Assembly (NCBI GenBank): GCA_043747445.1 | Contig: JAYTPB010000047.1 | Span: forward strand, 157-64,156 | Reading direction: 5' to 3' | Length of the DNA: 64,000 nt | Source of the DNA: Sphingomonadales bacterium | GTDB taxonomy: Bacteria; Pseudomonadota; Alphaproteobacteria; Sphingomonadales; Sphingomonadaceae | In this document: positions 19,868-28,784 of the stretch, piece by piece | How positions within the stretch are numbered: position 1 is the first letter of the stretch | How the letters are laid out: each line of letters begins with the position of its first letter | Position numbers and translations under genes: made by a program | The notes under the pieces: generated by a model | Databases searched by the model: none | What the model saw: the letters and a program-made list of their open reading frames with translations, nothing else | What the model was told of the DNA's origin: nothing

Positions 19868-21211
19868 ATGTCTGTTAAGATGGCTCTTGCAAAACTCTGC
19901 GCTTGCGCATGTGGCGGTGCAATGATCGGTGGCGGGGCAATTCATGCAACGCAGAGCAAAGCAGGCTCAGCCGGATACCAATATTCAAAGACGCAATATT
20001 CAAAAGCCAAGCCGGTGAAGAAGATTGTCCGCAAGCGCATTGCTTACGCAGCACCGAAAAAGCGCGTGGTAAAACGCATTCGCCGGACGGTCACAACAAC
20101 CACGACAACGCTCGCGTGCCCACCGGGTTCAGTTCAAGTCGGCAACCGTGCCGGTGCGCCGTATCAGCTTCAGTGCGCACAGCAGAGCGTATCGGTTTCG
20201 ACGCGGCCATTGCCAGCGCCATTCCGCGATGAAGGTTTCCGTGGCGGCGGCGGCGCTATTCCCGTTGTTGTTGGCGGCGGCGGTTTCGGCGGTGGCTTTG
20301 GCGGAGGCTTCTTCGGAGGATTTAGCGGCGGTGGCAGCAGCGGCGGCAGCATTGTTGTATCGTCAACATCAAGCGGCGGCTCAACCAGCGGTGGCAGCAC
20401 CAGTACGTCAGGTGGGTCAACGTCATCAGGTGGATCGGGTGGCTCAAGCACCTCAACGGGCGGGCTCAGCAGCACCTCGGGCGGATCATCGACATCAACC
20501 TCATCAGGTGGATCTAGTGGTAACATCAGTTCAGGTGGCTCAGGCGGATCTAGCGGTAACATTAGCTCAGGTGGATCGGGTGGATCGGGTGGATCATCAA
20601 CCTCCACTGGTGGCGTCAGCAGCACATCTGGAGGAGTCAGCAGCACTTCGTCAACGGGTGGGTCATCAACAGGCGGCTCCTCAACCGGGGGCTCATCAAC
20701 GTCAACTGGCGGTTCTTCAACATCAACCGGCGGCGTCAGTAGCACCTCATCAACGGGCGGTTCTTCAACTTCAACTGGCGGTTCATCAACATCGACGGGT
20801 GGCGTGAGTTCAACCTCAAGCACATCAACTGGCGGCGTGAGCAGCACCTCGACGAGTTCAACTGGCGGATCGAGCAGTTCATCGTCAAGCGCGTCATCCT
20901 CCTCGTCGGCATCATCGTCGTCGTCCGCATCGTCGGGCGGGATGAGCACCTCAGGGTCATCAAGCTTTGGCGGATCGACGGGGTCATCAAGTTCGACAGG
21001 CTCTAGCGGCGGATCATCAACCAGCTCAGGCGCGTCATCGAGCACTTCATCCACGTCAAGCTCGACTTCATCGTCAACCTCATCGGGTTCAAGCGGTGGC
21101 AGCACATCAAGCGGCGGTACGCAGGTGCCAGCACCGCCGATGGTACTCCTGTTCGGCGCAGGTGCAGCGGCATTGGTTGCCCGCAAGCGACTGGCCCGCA
21201 AAGCCGCTTAA
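19868..21211 (+). CDS. PEP-CTERM sorting-domain protein with a long Ser/Thr/Gly low-complexity region (putative exosortase substrate)
   Basis: Signal-peptide-like N-terminus (MSVKMALAKLCACACGGAMIGGGAIHA), then a Lys/Arg-rich segment, a Gly/Phe-rich stretch and about 290 aa of GGSSTS-type repeats. The C-terminus is VPAPP-MVLLFGAGAAALVA-RKRLARK, which is the PEP-like motif plus TM plus basic cluster. Confidence 0.8.
   Translation: MSVKMALAKLCACACGGAMIGGGAIHATQSKAGSAGYQYSKTQYSKAKPVKKIVRKRIAYAAPKKRVVKRIRRTVTTTTTTLACPPGSVQVGNRAGAPYQLQCAQQSVSVSTRPLPAPFRDEGFRGGGGAIPVVVGGGGFGGGFGGGFFGGFSGGGSSGGSIVVSSTSSGGSTSGGSTSTSGGSTSSGGSGGSSTSTGGLSSTSGGSSTSTSSGGSSGNISSGGSGGSSGNISSGGSGGSGGSSTSTGGVSSTSGGVSSTSSTGGSSTGGSSTGGSSTSTGGSSTSTGGVSSTSSTGGSSTSTGGSSTSTGGVSSTSSTSTGGVSSTSTSSTGGSSSSSSSASSSSSASSSSSASSGGMSTSGSSSFGGSTGSSSSTGSSGGSSTSSGASSSTSSTSSSTSSSTSSGSSGGSTSSGGTQVPAPPMVLLFGAGAAALVARKRLARKAA
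20243..21112 (+). repeat. Imperfect coding tandem repeats (Gly/Ser/Thr low complexity)
   Basis: Repeated units include GGSSTSTGGVSSTSST (about 48 nt, around 20690-20830) and SGGSSGNISSGGSGG (twice, around 20510-20580). The region is open in three of the six frames. Confidence 0.8.
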
Positions 21212-21243
21212 AGAACTTCATTTGTGCGATCCAAGGAACATCT

Positions 21244-21271
21244 CTGGCCGAAAGGCCGGGGGTGTTTTTTT
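21244..21271 (+). terminator. Rho-independent terminator after the PEP-CTERM gene
   Basis: CTGGCC-GAAA-GGCCGG hairpin followed by GGGTGTTTTTTT. Confidence 0.6.
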
Positions 21272-21299
21272 GTGGGGTTCCCCCGCTATAAACCGTCAT

Positions 21300-21385
21300 G
21301 CTGAACGTGTTTCAGCATCCATCTCTCCACGAGTCCCGTCTTCGCTTGTTGAGAGATAGACCCTGAAACAAGTTCAGGGTGACAG
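21300..21385. repeat. MITE/REP-like palindromic element
   Basis: The terminal hairpins GCTGAACGTGTTTCAGC (21300-21316) and ACCCTGAAACAAGTTCAGGGT (21360-21380) are near-inverted copies of each other (CTGAAC[G/T]TGTTTCAG). They flank an inner ATCTCTC...GAGAGAT stem (21321-21357). Confidence 0.6.
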
Positions 21386-21437
21386 TGTGGTTTTTCAACA
21401 TTGCGAATTCCCCCATCACGCGGCATAGCCTGCGCCT

Positions 21438-22724
21438 ATGCACGACATTAAATTTATCCGCGAAAATCCCGAAGCTTTTGACGCAGCGCAAGCACGCCGA
21501 GGTAATGGACTAACTGCTAGTCAACTACTTGAAACAGATAGTGCAGTACGAGCCGTATTGCCCAAACTTGAAGCAGCTCAGGCTCAAGCTAACAGTTTCG
21601 CAAAGCAAATCGGAGCGGCCATTGCACAGGGTGACCAAGACACTGCTAATCGATTAAAAGCGGCAGTTGCGGACTCTAAAGTAGAGATACCTCAATTTAA
21701 CATGCAGCTAAAAGCTCTCAATGAGCAGTTAAACAGTCTTCTGAGTTCAATCCCAAACCTTGCTCACCCTTCCGTCCCCGATGGCAAAGACGAAACTGAT
21801 AACGCTGTCGTTCACACGCACGGCAACATCCGCAATTTCGCCTTCACCCCGCGTGAGCATTTTGACATTGGTGCAGCCCTCGGCCTCGATTTTGAAACCG
21901 CGCAGAAGGTCTCGGGTGCGCGTTTCGCCTATCTGCGCGGCGGCGTTGCCCGGTTGGCGCGCGCGCTTGGCCAGTTCATGCTTGATCTGCACACGACTGA
22001 ATTTGGCTATCAAGAGGTCGCGCCGCCTTTGCTTGTCCGCGATGAAGCCTTTTATGGCACTGGCCAGCTTCCCAAATTCGCCGACGATTCTTTCCAAACC
22101 ACCGATGGCCGCTGGCTGATCCCCACCGCCGAAGTCTCGCTCACCAATATCGTGAATGGTGACATTTTAGCCGGCACCACCCTCCCCCTCCGTTTCACAG
22201 CACTCACCCCATGTTTCCGCAGCGAAGCAGGTGCTGCGGGCAAGGACACTCGCGGCCTCATCCGCCAGCATCAATTTGACAAGGTTGAGCTGGTTTCGAT
22301 TACGCGCCCCGAGGATTCGGACGCCGAGCATGAGCGGATGACCGCGTGCGCCGAGGCTGTGCTTGAACGCCTCGAACTGCCCTATAGGCGTATGCTGCTC
22401 TGCACGGGAGACATGGGGTTTTCAGCGCAGAAAACCTTTGACCTTGAGGTCTGGCTGCCTGGTCAAGGCCGCTACCGCGAAATCTCAAGCTGTTCAAATT
22501 GCGGTGATTTTCAGGCACGGCGGATGAACACGCGCTACCGCCCAGCCAAGGAATTAGGCGGCGAGAAGGGCACGCGCTTTGTCCACACGCTCAACGGCTC
22601 CGGCCTCGCGGTTGGCCGCGCGCTTGTGGCGGTGATCGAAAATTATCAGGAGAAGGACGGCAGTGTCACGATACCATCCGCGCTGCTGCCCTATATGGGT
22701 GGGGTGGAACGATTGACCCCTTAA
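21438..22724 (+). CDS. serS: Serine--tRNA ligase
   Basis: 428 aa. N-terminal coiled-coil arm and class II motifs ([24 protein letters not shown]). Confidence 0.95.
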   Translation: MHDIKFIRENPEAFDAAQARRGNGLTASQLLETDSAVRAVLPKLEAAQAQANSFAKQIGAAIAQGDQDTANRLKAAVADSKVEIPQFNMQLKALNEQLNSLLSSIPNLAHPSVPDGKDETDNAVVHTHGNIRNFAFTPREHFDIGAALGLDFETAQKVSGARFAYLRGGVARLARALGQFMLDLHTTEFGYQEVAPPLLVRDEAFYGTGQLPKFADDSFQTTDGRWLIPTAEVSLTNIVNGDILAGTTLPLRFTALTPCFRSEAGAAGKDTRGLIRQHQFDKVELVSITRPEDSDAEHERMTACAEAVLERLELPYRRMLLCTGDMGFSAQKTFDLEVWLPGQGRYREISSCSNCGDFQARRMNTRYRPAKELGGEKGTRFVHTLNGSGLAVGRALVAVIENYQEKDGSVTIPSALLPYMGGVERLTP

Positions 22725-22727
22725 ACC

Positions 22728-22790
22728 CCGTTCGTGTCGAGCGAAGTCGAGACATCTTGCTGGTGTCTCGACTTCGCTCGACACAAACGG
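22728..22790. repeat. REP-like perfect-core palindrome 4 nt after the serS stop (probable terminator)
   Basis: The left arm CCGTTCGTGTCGAGCGAAGTCGAGACA (22728-22754) pairs with the right arm TGTCTCGACTTCGCTCGACACAAACGG (22764-22790), with one mismatch in 27 bp. Confidence 0.7.
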
Positions 22791-22836
22791 ATCAATTTAT
22801 ACCGGACAGGCTCAGGGCGAACGGAATTTTGAACAA

Positions 22837-23595
22837 ATGCGCATTCTCCTCACCAATGATGACGGCATCAATGCCCCCGGTCTGGTCACGCTTGAAGCCA
22901 TTGCGCGGCAGCTTTCGGATGATATCTGGATCGTCGCGCCGTCTGAAGAGCAATCGGGCGCTGGCCATTCGCTCACCCTCACCCGGCCCTTGCGCATCAG
23001 ACAGCATGATGAACGGCGTTTCAGTGTAACGGGAACGCCAACCGACTCAGTGATGCTCGCGCTCGGCAAGGTGATGGATGCCAAACCTGATCTGATCCTA
23101 TCGGGCGTCAATCGCGGCGCAAACCTTGCCGAGGATGTAACCTACTCAGGCACCGTTGCGGCGGCGATGGAGGGTACGCTCGCAGGCATTCGCTCAATCG
23201 CGCTCAGTCAGGCTTATGCCCGCGAAGGCGCTGGCGACGATGTGTCGTTTGCTACGGCTGAAGAATGGGGCGCGAAGGTGCTGCGCCCGCTGCTTGATGT
23301 TCCCCTGCCCACAAACACTCTGCTCAACGTCAATTTCCCCGCGACTGCGCCCGACGCGGTCAAAGGCGTGCGCGTAACGGCGCAGGGCTTTCGCGATTAT
23401 AGTCGGCTTGGCATCGTTACCAACCGTGATCCACGCGGATTTGAGTATCATTGGTTCGCGCTTGGCGGCGCGAAAGAAACCCCCGCGCACGCAACCGATC
23501 TTGAGGCCGTGATTGAGGGCTATGTCTCGGTCACGCCGCTCACGCTTGATCTGACCGACCGGGCAACAATGGTCGCACTCGCCGCGCGTTTTTGA
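22837..23595 (+). CDS. surE: 5'/3'-nucleotidase SurE
   Basis: 252 aa. Starts MRILLTNDDGINAPG, with GINRGAN-type and YSGTVAAAMEG motifs. Confidence 0.93.
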   Translation: MRILLTNDDGINAPGLVTLEAIARQLSDDIWIVAPSEEQSGAGHSLTLTRPLRIRQHDERRFSVTGTPTDSVMLALGKVMDAKPDLILSGVNRGANLAEDVTYSGTVAAAMEGTLAGIRSIALSQAYAREGAGDDVSFATAEEWGAKVLRPLLDVPLPTNTLLNVNFPATAPDAVKGVRVTAQGFRDYSRLGIVTNRDPRGFEYHWFALGGAKETPAHATDLEAVIEGYVSVTPLTLDLTDRATMVALAARF

Positions 23596-23626
23596 CGAAC
23601 TGGGTTGATCTGCATAATATGACGTC

Positions 23627-24667
23627 ATGACGCGTAACGGGGTAGTTTTGGGGATCATGGTGGCTGCGCTCGTTTCGGGCTGCATTCCGCGTTCGGCGAC
23701 CACCCCAATTCGCACCACAGACGCAGCGCCCGAGGCGGATGCACCGCGTATTGATCCGCAAATGGACACGGTGTTTGACGAAGCCCCGGTGTGGGAAATG
23801 CGTCCCGTTGTCGCCAATGCTGCGATAATTGCTGACGGCAGCTACACAGTTATCGCGGGCGATACGCTGCGCAGCATCGGCAATCGCACCGGTGCAGGCT
23901 CCGAAACACTTGCCCGCGCCAATGGACTTGAAGCGCCGTTCATCATCCGCCCCAGCCAGACACTCACTGTGCCCGGTGGACGCTATCACAATGTGGGAGA
24001 GGGTGAGACGGGCATCGCCATCGCGCGTGCTTACGGGATTAGTTGGCAAGAGATTATCGCCGCGAACGCACTTGAGCCGCCTTATGCGCTGCGGATCGGG
24101 CGACGGCTTTTGCTCCCGAGTGTGTCCACTGACTCCACTCTGGAAATGCGCGCATCGGCATTCAAACTCGACATTGATGACATACTCACAGGCGGAGAGC
24201 CAGCCGCCATTGCCGAAGCGCCCACCGCAGCGCCGCAACCAGCACCAACCCGCCCGCTTCCGCCCGGCGTTGCAGTGACTGAACCTGCGCGCTTTGCCGG
24301 AAGCTTCGCTTGGCCTGCCGCTGGCCGCGTCGCCAATCGCTTTGGCCCGCTTGGTGAGGGCCAAGTCAATCAGGGGATCGACATCGCTGTTGCGCAATTC
24401 GCGCCAGTTTCGGCGGCTGCAGACGGAGTCGTCGCGTTTGTTGGCAATGATGTGGCGAACTATGGTGGCCTGATCCTCATCCGCCACGGTGAGGGCTGGA
24501 TCACCGCATACGGTCGCGCAACGGCGGCAAGCGTGACGCGCGGGCAGTCAGTCAAACGCGGCCAAATCATCGGCAAAGCGGGTAGCGGCAACGCGCCGCT
24601 ATTATTTTTCCAAATGCGCAAAGGCGGCAAGCCCGTTGATCCCGTCAAGCAATTGCCGGTGCGTTAG
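23627..24667 (+). CDS. LysM domain-containing M23 peptidase lipoprotein (NlpD-like)
   Basis: Lipobox LVSGC, two LysM repeats (YTVIAGDTLRSIG, YHNVGEGETGIAIARAYG) and a C-terminal M23 core (GIDIAV...GGLILIRHGEGWITAYG). Confidence 0.88.
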   Translation: MTRNGVVLGIMVAALVSGCIPRSATTPIRTTDAAPEADAPRIDPQMDTVFDEAPVWEMRPVVANAAIIADGSYTVIAGDTLRSIGNRTGAGSETLARANGLEAPFIIRPSQTLTVPGGRYHNVGEGETGIAIARAYGISWQEIIAANALEPPYALRIGRRLLLPSVSTDSTLEMRASAFKLDIDDILTGGEPAAIAEAPTAAPQPAPTRPLPPGVAVTEPARFAGSFAWPAAGRVANRFGPLGEGQVNQGIDIAVAQFAPVSAAADGVVAFVGNDVANYGGLILIRHGEGWITAYGRATAASVTRGQSVKRGQIIGKAGSGNAPLLFFQMRKGGKPVDPVKQLPVR

Positions 24668-24671
24668 ATTG

Positions 24672-24766
24672 CCATTCGGGCTGAGCCTGTCGAAGCCCTC
24701 CCTTTCTTCTTTCAACGATGTGCCAAAAAAGGAAGGGAACCCTTCGACAGGCTCAGGGTGAACGGG
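24672..24766. repeat. REP/MITE-like inverted repeat after the nlpD-like gene
   Basis: CTGAGCCTGTCGAAG (24681-24695) pairs perfectly with CTTCGACAGGCTCAG (24742-24756). The flanks extend the pairing imperfectly. Confidence 0.6.
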
Positions 24767-24828
24767 GGTAATAATCTTGCATATGACAAAGTGACATTCC
24801 CCCCAAACACGCCTATGCGCAGCTGCAA

Positions 24829-26160
24829 ATGACACTCACCACCCTCCCCTCGCCGCCCAAAGTGGGCATGGTTTCGCTCGGCTGCCCCAAGGCGCTGGTT
24901 GATAGCGAACGCATTCTCACCAAACTGCGCAGCGACGGTTACGGCCTGTCGCCCGACTATGCCGGGGCCGATGTGGTGCTGGTCAACACCTGCGGTTTCC
25001 TCGATTCGGCCAAGGAGGAATCGCTTGAGGCCATCGGCGAGGCACTCGCCGAAAATGGCCGCGTCATCGTCACTGGCTGTTTGGGGCAAGAGGCCGAAAT
25101 GATCCGCGCGCGCTTCCCCAAGGTGCTCGCAATCAGCGGCGCACACCAATATGAAGCCGTCGTCAGCGCGGTGCATGACGCCGCACCAATCCCGCCCAAC
25201 GCGTTCCTCAATCTGGTGCCCGACGGCGGATTGAAACTCACCCCGCGTCACTATAGCTATTTGAAGATCAGTGAAGGCTGCAACCACCGCTGCGCCTTTT
25301 GCATCATCCCGAGCATACGCGGCGATCTCGTCAGCCGCCGCCCCGACGCGATCCTACGCGAGGCTGAAAAACTCGTCGCGGCGGGCACCAAGGAATTGCT
25401 GGTGATCAGCCAGGATACGTCAGCTTACGGCGTCGATATCAAGCATCAACCGCGCGATTGGAAGGGCCAGCCCGTCCGCGCGCACATGACTGATCTCGCG
25501 CGCGAACTTGGCAAGCTTGGGGCATGGGTGAGGCTCCACTATGTCTACCCTTACCCCCATGTCGATCAGGTCATTCCGCTGATGGCACAAGGACTGATCA
25601 CGCCCTATCTCGATATCCCGTTCCAGCACGCAGCACCGAGCGTTCTCAAAGCCATGAAACGTCCCGCGAATGAAGCCAAAGTGCTTGAGCGCGTCAAATC
25701 ATGGCGGCAGATTTGCCCCGATCTCACCATCCGCTCAACCTTCGTGGTCGGGTTCCCCGGCGAAACTGAGGCTGATTTCCAATATCTGCTTGATTGGCTT
25801 GATGAGGCACAGCTTGACCGCGTCGGCGCATTCCGCTTTGAACCCGTCGAGGGTGCCGCCGCCAACGCCCTGCCCAATCCCGTGCCCGAGGACGTAAAAG
25901 AAGAGCGCTACGCCCGCATCATGGAAAAAACTGCCGCGATTTCAGCCGCGCGATTGGCAGCAAAGGTGGGTCGCACACTCGACGTGATCATCGATGAAGT
26001 CGATGACGAAGGCGGCGCGACTGGCCGCTCACAGGCCGATGCGCCAGAAATTGATGGCAATGTGTTTTTGAGGGATGCTGGCGGGCTAGCACAGGGCGAT
26101 ATCGTGCCCGTGTTGATCGAGGATGCCGATGAGCATGATTTGTTTGGTGTGGCGCAATGA
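24829..26160 (+). CDS. rimO: Ribosomal protein S12 methylthiotransferase RimO
   Basis: 443 aa. UPF0004 N-terminal domain with conserved cysteines ([14 protein letters not shown]), radical-SAM CNHRCAFC and a C-terminal TRAM domain. Confidence 0.93.
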   Translation: MTLTTLPSPPKVGMVSLGCPKALVDSERILTKLRSDGYGLSPDYAGADVVLVNTCGFLDSAKEESLEAIGEALAENGRVIVTGCLGQEAEMIRARFPKVLAISGAHQYEAVVSAVHDAAPIPPNAFLNLVPDGGLKLTPRHYSYLKISEGCNHRCAFCIIPSIRGDLVSRRPDAILREAEKLVAAGTKELLVISQDTSAYGVDIKHQPRDWKGQPVRAHMTDLARELGKLGAWVRLHYVYPYPHVDQVIPLMAQGLITPYLDIPFQHAAPSVLKAMKRPANEAKVLERVKSWRQICPDLTIRSTFVVGFPGETEADFQYLLDWLDEAQLDRVGAFRFEPVEGAAANALPNPVPEDVKEERYARIMEKTAAISAARLAAKVGRTLDVIIDEVDDEGGATGRSQADAPEIDGNVFLRDAGGLAQGDIVPVLIEDADEHDLFGVAQ

Positions 26161-27548
26161 CATTTGACTTTGCGTGCCTCCTTCAACCTGATCAAGGCCA
26201 AGCCGCGCGCAGCATTGCCGTCGCCACCAAAGATGGGTTTGACGATTGGTTTAAGGCGCTTCCTGAGCGCGCGCGCGCGGTTGTGCTTGCCGCTCAGTTT
26301 AAGGGCAAGGCTGGCGAGTTCGTCATTGTTCCGGGCGAAGCTGCCGATGAGTGGTCGGTGGTAATTGGTGCTGCCGATACGCCGGGTGTCTGGGATTTAG
26401 CAGGAGCCGCCGCGCGGTTGCCCGAAGGGACGTATCGGCTGAACGAAGGTGCGCCGGCGCAGGCAGCGCTTGGTTGGCTCCTCGCGCACTACCGCTTTGA
26501 TCGCTATTTGCCGTCGGCTGAGCCTATGCCGCAGCGGGTGTTGCTGACCCCTGAACCAGCGACCATTGCCGAGATGGTACGGGCGGCACAAGCGACCGCG
26601 CTTGTCCGCGATCTCGTTAATACGCCCGCCGCCGACATGGGGCCAGCCGATTTGCAAAGCGCGGCACAGAGCATTGCCAAGGCGCATGACGCTACACTGA
26701 CGATCACCAAGGGTCATGATCTTCACACTGGTTATCCGATGATCCATGCGGTTGGCCGCGCGGCGGACAAGCATCACGCGCCGCGCCTGATTGAGATAGA
26801 GTGGGGCAATCCTGCACATCCGCGCATCGCGATTATTGGCAAGGGCATTACCTTCGATTCGGGCGGGCTTAATATCAAGCCCGGCGGATCAATGCGGTTG
26901 ATGAAGAAAGATATGGGCGGGGCGGCGCACGCGCTTGCACTCGCCAGCCTGGTGATGGCGGCACGGCTCCCGGTGCGGCTGCATATGCTGATCGCAGCGG
27001 CAGAAAATGCCATTTCGGGCGATGCATTTAGACCCGGTGACATCCTTTCGTCGCGCAATGGGCTGACCGTTGAGATTGACAATACTGACGCTGAAGGACG
27101 GCTTGTGCTTGCCGACGCGATTACCCGCGCGGGCGAGGACACCCCTGAATTGATGATCGATTACGCGACACTGACCGGAGCCGCACGCGTTGCGCTTGGC
27201 CCTGATTTGCCCGCAATGTTTTGCAATGATCACGCTCTTGCCCGCGCATTTTCCGAAAGTTCAGTCAACTGCGATGATCCGGTTTGGCGCCTGCCGCTCT
27301 GGTCTGGCTATGATGATATGCTTAAATCGGACGTGGCCGATATCGCCAATAGTTCCGAAAGCGGGATGGCGGGCGCGATTACCGCAGCACTGTTCCTACG
27401 CAAATTCGTGCCCGACGGCGTGGCATGGGCGCATTTTGACACATTCGCGTGGCGCAGTGCCTCCAAGCCCGGAAGGCCCAAAGGCGGCGACGCACTTGGC
27501 CTGCGCGCCGCCTTTGATATGCTCAAATCACGTTATCCGGTGATTTAG
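26157..27548 (+). CDS. M17 leucyl aminopeptidase family protein
   Basis: 463 aa with [13 protein letters not shown] and the MKKDMGGAA metal-site motifs. Confidence 0.9.
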   Translation: MTFDFACLLQPDQGQAARSIAVATKDGFDDWFKALPERARAVVLAAQFKGKAGEFVIVPGEAADEWSVVIGAADTPGVWDLAGAAARLPEGTYRLNEGAPAQAALGWLLAHYRFDRYLPSAEPMPQRVLLTPEPATIAEMVRAAQATALVRDLVNTPAADMGPADLQSAAQSIAKAHDATLTITKGHDLHTGYPMIHAVGRAADKHHAPRLIEIEWGNPAHPRIAIIGKGITFDSGGLNIKPGGSMRLMKKDMGGAAHALALASLVMAARLPVRLHMLIAAAENAISGDAFRPGDILSSRNGLTVEIDNTDAEGRLVLADAITRAGEDTPELMIDYATLTGAARVALGPDLPAMFCNDHALARAFSESSVNCDDPVWRLPLWSGYDDMLKSDVADIANSSESGMAGAITAALFLRKFVPDGVAWAHFDTFAWRSASKPGRPKGGDALGLRAAFDMLKSRYPVI

Positions 27549-28156
27549 CGCTTACCCAAAAATCCGCCGAGGATTGCATCCAATGGGTTTGATGCGCCCG
27601 CCTGCTGACCACCGCCACCAAGTGCGCCTGCAAGCCCGCCGAGAATATCGCCGAGACCGCCGCCGCCTTGTTGAGCAGGCGCAGCAGCTGCACTACCGCC
27701 GCCAATCATTGACGCAAGCACAGATCCAGCGAGGCCGCCCATAATGCCGCCACCCATTTTTTTTGAAACCTGCTGCGCGACGAGCCCAGCAATGACGGGC
27801 AGCATCGCCTTCAGGATCGTGTCACTAATCCCTGTTTGCGCCGACGCATGAGTTGCGACTTGGCGGCTGACGTCCTTTGATCCAAAAATCTGGCCGAGAA
27901 TATTATTACCGTTGTCGATATCCTGTTCTGGCGCGCCCATCCCCGCGACAATATTCGTAATCTGGCCAAGCCCGCCAGCGTCTTCGCTTTTCTGAAGACC
28001 GCCCATGACCGCAGGGAGAAGCGCACCAACAGCCGCATTGGCCTGTTCTGGCGAAAGGCCAAACTGGCTTGCGAGGCCGCCGACATCAATCTGTGGATTC
28101 CCGCCGGTTCCTTGTCCGCCAATAGCACCCTGCAAAAGCTGACCCAAAATATCCAT
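27545..28156 (-). CDS. DUF937-like Gly-rich protein
   Basis: Start moved to MDILGQLLQGAIGG (28156), preceded by GAGGAG. Gly/Ala-rich repeats with an LGGLLG-type periodicity. Confidence 0.6.
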   Translation of the reverse strand: MDILGQLLQGAIGGQGTGGNPQIDVGGLASQFGLSPEQANAAVGALLPAVMGGLQKSEDAGGLGQITNIVAGMGAPEQDIDNGNNILGQIFGSKDVSRQVATHASAQTGISDTILKAMLPVIAGLVAQQVSKKMGGGIMGGLAGSVLASMIGGGSAAAAPAQQGGGGLGDILGGLAGALGGGGQQAGASNPLDAILGGFLGKR

Positions 28157-28284
28157 TATTTTACTCCTCACCCGATTTTTAATACCAGCGGCACCAATGG
28201 CGTCGCCTGATAAAGCATAGTAGCATCGTAGCGCAAAACAATGCCATGGTGATTCGTACACCCGGCCACTGACAGGAGTAACAA

Positions 28285-28656
28285 ATGAGTATTTTTAGCG
28301 CGATCAAGAATGCAATTTTCGGCAAGCCAGCCGCAGCGGCTGCGCCCGCCCCCGTTGCCAAACCAGCCGCCGCAGCGGTTGCCGCAGCGCCCTCGGCTCC
28401 GGTCGATATTGATGCAATCCTGACTGCTGCCGCTGCATCGGTTGATTATGACACCAATTGGCGGACGTCGATCGTTGATTTGATGAAGCTTTGTGGCCTC
28501 GACTCAAGTCTTGGTAATCGCAAGGAGCTCGCCAAGGAGCTCGGTTTCTCGGGCGATATGAATGACAGTGCGTCAATGAATATCTGGCTTCACCGTCAGG
28601 TGATGAACCAGCTCGCGGCCAACGGCGGGCATGTTCCGGCTGATCTCAAGGATTGA
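28285..28656 (+). CDS. DUF3597-like protein
   Basis: 123 aa. N-terminal MSIFSAIKNAIFGK, an Ala/Pro linker and a conserved C-terminal domain (VDLMKLCGLDSSLGNRKELAKELG). Confidence 0.6.
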   Translation: MSIFSAIKNAIFGKPAAAAAPAPVAKPAAAAVAAAPSAPVDIDAILTAAAASVDYDTNWRTSIVDLMKLCGLDSSLGNRKELAKELGFSGDMNDSASMNIWLHRQVMNQLAANGGHVPADLKD

Positions 28657-28784
28657 TCGTTTAATGGTGATGGCTGGCGTGAACGGCAACGTTGCGTCAG
28701 CCATTGCTTTTATGTCCTCTAATCGTCTATCTGCGCTGCAATATGACCGCATCGCGCAGTAGCTTTCGCCTTTCCGGCCACTCA

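Noticed and set aside
20148-20807. 219-aa ORF in an alternative + frame within the Ser/Thr/Gly repeat
   Set aside because: It is open only because of the low-complexity repeat. It has no start context, signal or terminal features.
20243-21112. Possible CRISPR or non-coding tandem array
   Set aside because: The repeats are short, degenerate, multiples of 3 nt and in frame with a signal peptide and sorting tail. There is no repeat-spacer architecture.
23540-24487. 315-aa minus-strand ORF
   Set aside because: It is antisense to the LysM/M23 lipoprotein gene, which has a lipobox, LysM and M23 motifs. This is a shadow ORF in GC-rich DNA.
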